Of a stretch of DNA of 64,000 nt, positions 57,760 to 64,000 are shown piece after piece. The notes below the pieces were generated by a model. The model was not told the origin of the DNA. It did no database searches and was given only the letters and a program-made list of their open reading frames with translations. The position numbers and the translations under genes are program-made. The stretch's first letter is position 1. Each line of letters starts with the position of its first letter. The stretch is from Candidatus Krumholzibacteriia bacterium (GTDB lineage Bacteria > Krumholzibacteriota > Krumholzibacteriia > LZORAL124-64-63), in the NCBI GenBank assembly GCA_036351155.1, contig JAZBOO010000099.1, positions 11,636 through 75,635 on the forward strand, written 5' to 3'.

Positions 57760-59370
57760 CTAGTGCTTTTCCTTCATCCCGGCCACCATCCACTTGCGGG
57801 CCATGATCAAGGCCACCGGGGTGATCATGGCGATCAGGGCGTAAATGAACCACATGACCCCACTGTTGGTTTCCAGACCGGTGTCGGCCCGCGGCAAGTA
57901 CTTCGCCACGAAGAAACCGCTGTACAGACCGGTCACCATCTTGGTCAGGAACCAGGGGAACTGGCCAATACCCATGTACATGCCCGCCTTGCCCTCGGGG
58001 GCAATCTCGGCGATCCACTGCAGGAAGCGGGGCTGCCACATGGCCTCGCCCACCGACATCAGCAGAACATAGGTCAGGAACAGGTACAGGTTGGGGCCAA
58101 GGGCCAGCAGAAAGGTGGGCACGGCCATGACCAGGGTGCCCAGGATCATCATACGGTACACATTCGCACGGGCGGTCAGCCCGGCCACCACCGGAGCCAG
58201 CACAAAGATCATGATGGGGTTGAGGTTCGAGAAGAACTCGAAATACTCGCTCACCACTCCCCCGGCGAAGGCGCGATCCAGGTAGTAGGGCAAGGTCAAC
58301 CAGTTGTGGGCAAAGAGGGTCTGAACCGGCACCAGAATGAAGATGAAGAAGGTGAACCGGGAGTCCCGGAAAGGATGGTCCGGCCGGTGCCGCATGAACT
58401 CCCATCCGGCAACGATGGCCAGAACGCCGGCCACCACCAGAGTCCCGATGGCGGGCACCTTGTCCTCGGCGCCCAGCTTGGTCAGCCCGAACACGGCCAC
58501 CGCAACGGTCAGCAGGGAAATCCCCGCCATGGGCCAGTTATTGATCTTGGCCTCGGGAAGGGCCGCTGCCCTCTTGGCCGCCTTTTCAGCTTTTTCAGCC
58601 TTTTCCTCGGGCGTGTCATTGGCCTCGCTTTCCTCGGCGATCTCCCTGGCGACACGGTCCACCGCTTCCTGATCCGTTTTCCGGGTCAAGATGACCATGG
58701 TCACGATCAGGGCCAGGACCATCATTCCCACATACACCCAGAAGACGCCGGCCAGCCCGTTGGGCGGGAGGCTTTCCTCGGAGAACTTGCGCACAAAGGG
58801 GGAAATGGAGCCCGAGAAGAAGGCCCCCAGGTTCATCAGACCGTACACAACCGCATAGCCCATGGCCGCGGTTTTGGGCGTGGTGTAACGCTTCACCCCG
58901 GCATAGGCTGCGGGCTGGTAAAGACCATAGGCGATCACCATGATGAGCAGGCCCAGCAGGGTCATGAAGAACATGGGCGAGGTCACCCCATGGCCCAGGG
59001 GAATGGTGCCCGAAAGTGCGATCAGGATCCGGCCCACCAGGAACATGCTGAAGGCCAGCTTGAGGGCGTTGCGCACCCCGATCTTGTCACTCACACCACC
59101 GAGAAAGAGCATGGCAAGGGTGATGCCGGCGGTGACCCCGGAATAAACCCAGGAAGCCTGCTGGTCGCTCAGCTGGATGTTCTCGGAGCAGAATTTCCCC
59201 AGAATGGTGAGGATGCCGAAGTAGGCCAGGCCCTCGATGACATAAGGGATGTTGATCCCCCAGAGTGCCTTGGGCGCCTTGACGAAGGCCACCATGGTTT
59301 GCCAGAGCTCGAGGAAAGCGTCGGCAACCACCTGGCTGAGGGGTTTCTTGACGGGGGTTTCTTCGGACAT
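57760..59370 (-). CDS. MFS transporter (POT/PTR-like)
   Basis: IEGLAYFG, GGVSDKIG.R motif A, MNLGAF, GEAMWQPR; about 14 TM helices. Confidence 0.85.
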   Translation of the reverse strand: MSEETPVKKPLSQVVADAFLELWQTMVAFVKAPKALWGINIPYVIEGLAYFGILTILGKFCSENIQLSDQQASWVYSGVTAGITLAMLFLGGVSDKIGVRNALKLAFSMFLVGRILIALSGTIPLGHGVTSPMFFMTLLGLLIMVIAYGLYQPAAYAGVKRYTTPKTAAMGYAVVYGLMNLGAFFSGSISPFVRKFSEESLPPNGLAGVFWVYVGMMVLALIVTMVILTRKTDQEAVDRVAREIAEESEANDTPEEKAEKAEKAAKRAAALPEAKINNWPMAGISLLTVAVAVFGLTKLGAEDKVPAIGTLVVAGVLAIVAGWEFMRHRPDHPFRDSRFTFFIFILVPVQTLFAHNWLTLPYYLDRAFAGGVVSEYFEFFSNLNPIMIFVLAPVVAGLTARANVYRMMILGTLVMAVPTFLLALGPNLYLFLTYVLLMSVGEAMWQPRFLQWIAEIAPEGKAGMYMGIGQFPWFLTKMVTGLYSGFFVAKYLPRADTGLETNSGVMWFIYALIAMITPVALIMARKWMVAGMKEKH

Positions 59371-59490
59371 GAGCGACCTTCCCGAGTGGCACGGAACAAG
59401 CCACTCTGATCCCGAGGGTGTGCAAAGAAAAGGATGTCAAATGGAACAATAAGGCCCGGCGCCGTCTAAGCCAAGCGGAGTGTGGTGGGT

Positions 59491-59515
59491 CCGGCCTCCC
59501 TTGTGGGGAGGCCGG
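59491..59515. terminator. GC hairpin downstream of the BY-kinase gene
   Basis: ccggcctccc-ttgtg-gggaggccgg 10-bp stem with no clear U-tract. Confidence 0.45.
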
Positions 59516-59521
59516 GACAGC

Positions 59522-60262
59522 TCAGGCTCGCCGCTTCTTTTTGGATTTTTCGTAGCCGTAATACTTCTGGTCGTAGTAGTAGGGTAGAACCTCGGACAGG
59601 TTGTTCGCCACCACGCCCAGGATATGGGCGCCGGCACTGCGGAGGATCTCCACCCCGCGCTTGCTCACGTCCTTGGGAGTTTGCCCGGCCATCACCATGA
59701 ACAGAACGCCATCCACAGCATTGAGGTAGTGCAGAGGGTCGCTCACCGGGACCACAGGAGGGGAGTCCATGACGATCAGGTCGTAGGACTTGTGCAGTTC
59801 ATGGACCAGATCCTTCACATTGTTCACACCGAAGAGGCGGCTGGGGTGCCCGCCGGCCTTCCCCGCCGAGAGGAAGTCCAGATTTTTGACTGGAGTTTGC
59901 CGGACCGTTTGCTTGATCAGTGTCGCCATCGCACCGGGATCCTTTTCCCCCGCATCCAGCAAATCAACAAACCCAGGCGACAATTTCTCCTCAAAAACGT
60001 TATGCTGCACCGGGCGCCGCACATCGGTGTCCATCAGCAGGATGCGATTGGGCAGGTGGTAGGCCAGGACCAGACTGAAGTGCAGACTGAAAAGGCTCTT
60101 GCCCTCCCCCTGCTCGGCGCTGGTCACCAGCAGGGAACGCTTCTCGGTGAGATCCAGGTCCTTGCCCAGACGGATCATGATGCGCCTCAGCTCGATGGCC
60201 ATGGGCGACTCGATATCGAACAGGTTGGAGGCCGCCCGTCGGGTATCACTTGGTTTTGCCAT
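59522..60262 (-). CDS. CpsD/CapB-type bacterial tyrosine kinase (BY-kinase)
   Basis: Walker A SAEQGEGKS, A' LMDTDVRRP, B VMDSPP; C-terminal Tyr cluster YYYDQKYYGY. Confidence 0.92.
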   Translation of the reverse strand: MAKPSDTRRAASNLFDIESPMAIELRRIMIRLGKDLDLTEKRSLLVTSAEQGEGKSLFSLHFSLVLAYHLPNRILLMDTDVRRPVQHNVFEEKLSPGFVDLLDAGEKDPGAMATLIKQTVRQTPVKNLDFLSAGKAGGHPSRLFGVNNVKDLVHELHKSYDLIVMDSPPVVPVSDPLHYLNAVDGVLFMVMAGQTPKDVSKRGVEILRSAGAHILGVVANNLSEVLPYYYDQKYYGYEKSKKKRRA

Positions 60263-60274
60263 GATTCTACTTTC

Positions 60275-61873
60275 CTAGCTCAAGCGCGGGTAAATCACGA
60301 GGAAACCCACGGCCGAAACAGCAATGATGCCGACAATGATGGTGACCCAGCGCAGAATGCGTCGCTTCTTGGTCCGTTCGAAATGATCGTCCACGATGAC
60401 CGGCAAGGTGCCGATGACGGTCAGACCCAGGGCCTTTTCAATATCATCCACCGCAGTGAAGGTGCGGTCCATGAAGATGGCCAGCACGACCAGGCCTCCG
60501 CCGAGCCCCACGGACAGGACGAAGCCCATCATGAGAAGTTTGAGCTTGTTGGGTTCGATAGGGTAAAGAGGAAAAGCCACTTTTTTCCTGATTTTCACCT
60601 GGAACCCAATTTCACTCATACTGGCTTCCAGATTCATGGTTTGCTGGGTGACCTCCCCCTCAATGGTCTGAACCAGGTTTCTTGACCTTTCTACATCAGA
60701 CTGCAATTCAGAAAGTCGAGCTGATTGGGCGGGTTGCCTCGTCGCAAAAGAGCGAAACTCAGCTATTTGCCGGTTCATTTTATCAATTACAGACCTGGAG
60801 CTGTTTCTGAATACCGAAAGGTAAATATATTGGCTGACTTGATTCCTATCCATGAAACTCAGATGCGGGAAATCCGCGGCGGTTAATTGTTCTATCTTGC
60901 TGTTTAGACGAACACGCAATAAACCGAGACGAGTTTGCATATCCCGAAAACCAATGGCATCGGGAGACATCATCAACTGGTCAAAGGCCAAATCGCCCAT
61001 TTCTTTGGCAATGGCCGAAACACTCGCATCTGTGACATATCGATTCAGGTTAAATGACGCACCAACCAAGGGCTTTGTCTGTTGCTCCAGTCGCGAAACC
61101 TCGGTCAAATCTTGACCATTGTACCTGGAGCTCAAAAGGGCCAAATTTTCCTCGGCCACAGAAAGGTTTCCAGCATTGATGGACAAATTCACAAGAGTTT
61201 CTGAAGCCATGTTGGCCAAGAAGGTGCTCAATTCATTTTCTGCATCTTCCAGCTCTGAACGGTATTCCTCAAGTTGGCCCTGTAAAAAGTCCCTGGTGGA
61301 AGTTCTAAAGGCCACTTGGTTTGCCCGAAATTCTTCAACAAACTTGTCGACTACATAAACAGCCAAGTTATGAGCCCTTTGCGGATTGGTATCCCGGATA
61401 CCGATCAGAAAAAGGCGAGACCCATCTGGCTCCAGGCGAAGTCGGTCCTTGAGTTTTTTGGTGGCCCGCCCCAGAGCCATTGATTCGCTCATGTTCTGAC
61501 CGGGTGGAGGGGGACCCACCCAAGTGGGATCCACGTGCAATTGCAGATCTCTGACCACATTTTCAAGAAAATCGGGAGAGGTCAAAAGGAGATCAATTTC
61601 CTGTCGAGCCTTTTGATCGATTTCCCTTTCGTACCTTCCGTATTGCTGCGAAGCGTCATTCAGCAAACGAGTTTCCGTGTCCCGCATGACAATCTGCACC
61701 TGCCCCGCCGAGAAATAGATTGGGGTCATGATCTTGATCACCAGAATGGCCATGGAAAAACAAAGAATGAACGGGATGATGAACAGCCACTTGCGCCGCA
61801 GGAACATCCGGATCAAGGCCCGGGGATCAAATCCCCCCTCTTCGGATTGCGGCTCGTCCAGAAACGGATCCAT
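60275..61873 (-). CDS. Polysaccharide co-polymerase (Wzz/GumC/Wzc membrane part)
   Basis: N-terminal RRKWL plus TM, P.Y, long coiled coil, P..PIEPN plus TM, D.T...DDIE..LGL.VIG.LP, extra C-terminal TM. Confidence 0.88.
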   Translation of the reverse strand: MDPFLDEPQSEEGGFDPRALIRMFLRRKWLFIIPFILCFSMAILVIKIMTPIYFSAGQVQIVMRDTETRLLNDASQQYGRYEREIDQKARQEIDLLLTSPDFLENVVRDLQLHVDPTWVGPPPPGQNMSESMALGRATKKLKDRLRLEPDGSRLFLIGIRDTNPQRAHNLAVYVVDKFVEEFRANQVAFRTSTRDFLQGQLEEYRSELEDAENELSTFLANMASETLVNLSINAGNLSVAEENLALLSSRYNGQDLTEVSRLEQQTKPLVGASFNLNRYVTDASVSAIAKEMGDLAFDQLMMSPDAIGFRDMQTRLGLLRVRLNSKIEQLTAADFPHLSFMDRNQVSQYIYLSVFRNSSRSVIDKMNRQIAEFRSFATRQPAQSARLSELQSDVERSRNLVQTIEGEVTQQTMNLEASMSEIGFQVKIRKKVAFPLYPIEPNKLKLLMMGFVLSVGLGGGLVVLAIFMDRTFTAVDDIEKALGLTVIGTLPVIVDDHFERTKKRRILRWVTIIVGIIAVSAVGFLVIYPRLS

Positions 61874-62153
61874 GAAAGGTTATCTCCTTGTTTGCGGAAA
61901 AATGCGCAGGGTCAGGCTAAACCAACCCGGCGGCCTCCGCAACAGCTGGGGCCTGGTGGTCGGATTTCGGGGCACCCACCGTCAACGCGGGAGGCCAGGA
62001 CACCGAAAAACCGTCACCACTTGTTGTCGTCCCGAGGGGCCGGGAATGTAGAATAAAGAGCTTGGCCAGGGTCCAGCCCTTGCAAAAGAACCAGCCATAA
62101 GCCCAGGATACCATGTCCAATGAAAAATGTTCCCTCCCGGAAAATGAGCCCAG

Positions 62154-62897
62154 GTGCGAAAATTTTCCAGCCTTTTCTGGGGGGTTCTGCTGACCCTGGC
62201 CACGAGCGCTTGCCAGCATGACGTCCTCTCACCCCCGGTACCCCGAGGACAGGCCAGGCCTGCCACTTCGCCGCAAGACACCCAGGTCGTCCCGGTGGCC
62301 TCCGCCTACTATCTGGACATCATGTCATTCCTCACAGAACTGACCGAACCATATTTTAATTCAACAGTTTGCCACTGGCCAGCTTATCCGGTGCCGATCC
62401 GGGTGGGCATGGCCGTCAACGGAGAAATCGATCTGGCAGAATGCCTGGCGGAAGCCGTGGACCGATGGAACTTCGGAGAAACCAGCCCCTGGTTCATCTT
62501 TGATCCTGCGGCCGACTGGGGTATCCGTTTGATTCATTTTCCAGACCTGGAAATGCATCCCCCTGCTCGCGCCCAGATCACCCGCCTGGATGACCAGGGG
62601 CGCCCCCTGCGCATCCACATCATCCTGGGCAACAACTACGTAACACAGCAGCAACGCCCCTATGCTGTCAGAGCCCTGGTCCACGAACTGGGGCACGCCC
62701 TTTTCCTGTGGGGCCATAGCCAGAACCCGGCCCATATCCTGTGGGGAGGCGGCCCACCGCTGGTGGACTTTCCTTCCCTGGAAGAAAGAAAGGCCGCACA
62801 CCTGTGGCGCGACCTTCCCGAAGGGTTGAATCTGACTCTTCTGCCTACCGCAAGCGAATCCAGTACGGCATCATGGCCACCGGGCGCCCATCCATGA
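62154..62897 (+). CDS. Matrixin-like (metzincin) zinc-peptidase lipoprotein
   Basis: Lipobox ATSAC; W...P..V, A..RWN, HELGHALFLWGHS. The 3' end overlaps sppA by 53 nt. Confidence 0.7.
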   Translation: MRKFSSLFWGVLLTLATSACQHDVLSPPVPRGQARPATSPQDTQVVPVASAYYLDIMSFLTELTEPYFNSTVCHWPAYPVPIRVGMAVNGEIDLAECLAEAVDRWNFGETSPWFIFDPAADWGIRLIHFPDLEMHPPARAQITRLDDQGRPLRIHIILGNNYVTQQQRPYAVRALVHELGHALFLWGHSQNPAHILWGGGPPLVDFPSLEERKAAHLWRDLPEGLNLTLLPTASESSTASWPPGAHP

Positions 62898-64000
62898 GGG
62901 AAACCGCGGCCAGAGTCCCATCTTCCCTGAGGCTGTGCCACAATGTGGGGAATACCGCCGAGTTGACGCTGGAGCCCCCCATGCCGGCAAGAGGATCGCC
63001 CGCCTGGAGCACGGCGGAAAGCCGGGCCAACCCACCCCCTTCGCGCAGACTCTTGAGCAGCATTTTTTCGAGCAGGCTCAGGTCATCCCCGAAGCTTTGC
63101 AGCGCAATGCGATCAGATTCCTGCAGACCGAGCATCCACTTGGCCGAGGTCACGGCCCGGTGCAAACCGCCGATGCCATCCACCAGGCCGTTGGTCAGGC
63201 CCTGGTTTCCCGTCCAGACCCGTCCCTGGGCGATGGCATGGACCTCATCCCGGGTCATCCCACGGCCCTCGGCCACCTTGGCCAGAAACCTCTCGTAGAA
63301 GTTGTTCATCTGGCCCTCGAAGAGGGTCCGCTGCTCAGGGGTGAATCCGCCCTCGTCGCTGAACAGCAGGGCGTTGTCGCCCCGGGTGATGAACTCCCGG
63401 TTGACGCCGATTTTGCGATACATCTGGGACCGGTCCATTTTTCCGGCATAGACGCCGATGGAACCGGTCAAGGTGCCGGGGTCGGCAAAGATACTGTCTC
63501 CCGGGCAGGCGATGTAGTAACCCCCGCTGGCGGCCATTCCGCTCATGCTGACGATCACCGGTTTATCTTCCTGAACCTCGCGGATGGCTTGCCAGATCAG
63601 GTCACTGGCCAGGGCGCTGCCTCCGGGGCTATCCACCCGCAGGATGACGATGTCCACATCCTCATCTTCACCCAGGGATTGAAGCTCCTCGACGATGGTT
63701 TCGCTCCCAGCAATCTTGCCCTGAAAATTGTCGAAACGGCTGGGTCCGGGCATGATCACGCCGGTGGCATACACCAGGCCAGCCGTGGCCCGGGTTTTGC
63801 CCTTCTTGCGCGGGGCCAGAACGTAATCCCCGAAATGGGTGATGTCCTCATCGGGGAAACGGGTGTCCAGCATCTGTTCGAAGTACATGGCAGTGTCAGC
63901 CAACCCGGCGGCGATGGCCGCAGGGGTGTCGTACATGCCCTGGTCGATCCAGGATTGCACCGTTTCCGGCGACACCTTCCGGCCCCGGGCCAGACCAGCC
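62845..64000 (-). CDS. sppA: Signal peptide peptidase SppA (S49, long form), 5' part outside the window
   Basis: LRVDSPGGSALAS, MAASGGYY, TGSIGV, AQGRVWTG. The frame stays open to the window edge. Confidence 0.92.
   Translation of the reverse strand, partial: AGLARGRKVSPETVQSWIDQGMYDTPAAIAAGLADTAMYFEQMLDTRFPDEDITHFGDYVLAPRKKGKTRATAGLVYATGVIMPGPSRFDNFQGKIAGSETIVEELQSLGEDEDVDIVILRVDSPGGSALASDLIWQAIREVQEDKPVIVSMSGMAASGGYYIACPGDSIFADPGTLTGSIGVYAGKMDRSQMYRKIGVNREFITRGDNALLFSDEGGFTPEQRTLFEGQMNNFYERFLAKVAEGRGMTRDEVHAIAQGRVWTGNQGLTNGLVDGIGGLHRAVTSAKWMLGLQESDRIALQSFGDDLSLLEKMLLKSLREGGGLARLSAVLQAGDPLAGMGGSSVNSAVFPTLWHSLREDGTLAAVSLMDGRPVAMMPYWIRLR

Noticed and set aside
58575..58610. Short tandem repeat (ttttcagc units) in the MFS gene
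   Set aside because: It encodes an EKAEKAEKA linker in frame; too short and imperfect to indicate phase variation.
59385..59402. TGGCAC-N5-AAGC sigma54-like motif
   Set aside because: It is on the plus strand with no plus-strand gene downstream, and the -12 element is poor.

Overview
GC-rich (roughly 60-65% by eye) bacterial chromosomal segment, densely coding and mostly on the minus strand. I saw no rRNA, tRNA, CRISPR array, prophage or IS element. Gene content suggests an FCB-group lineage outside classical Bacteroidota, such as a Latescibacterota/Krumholzibacteriota-like candidate phylum; this is inference only. From left to right: (1) a tightly coupled ~12.5 kb minus-strand operon resembling a type IX secretion (T9SS) sorting/attachment module: Trm112-like protein, PorU-like C25 sortase, PorV-like barrel, M6 metalloprotease with FG-GAP-like repeats and a T9SS-type CTD, two paralogous DUF5683-like proteins, an NHL lipoprotein and a truncated secreted protein; (2) M23 peptidase, dnaE, a DUF481 barrel and accA; (3) PIN-PhoH, a suhB-cutA-nhaC-SAM hydrolase-lipoprotein run, NifU-C, a zinc-ribbon protein, a cysteine hydrolase, PrpD, a stand-alone flap endonuclease and SSADH; (4) a complete nuoA-N complex I operon with fused NuoCD and a short NuoG; (5) TPR protein, class IV aminotransferase, NYN protein, a two-permease RND system, fused FTCD, an MFS transporter, an orphan polysaccharide co-polymerase plus BY-kinase pair, a metzincin lipoprotein and a partial sppA. 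The most unusual signal is in the PorU-like sortase. It carries an in-frame N-terminal multi-pass membrane domain with His/Asp metal-ligand motifs, and the last helix of that domain looks like the sortase's signal peptide. All family assignments come from motif recognition, not database searches.
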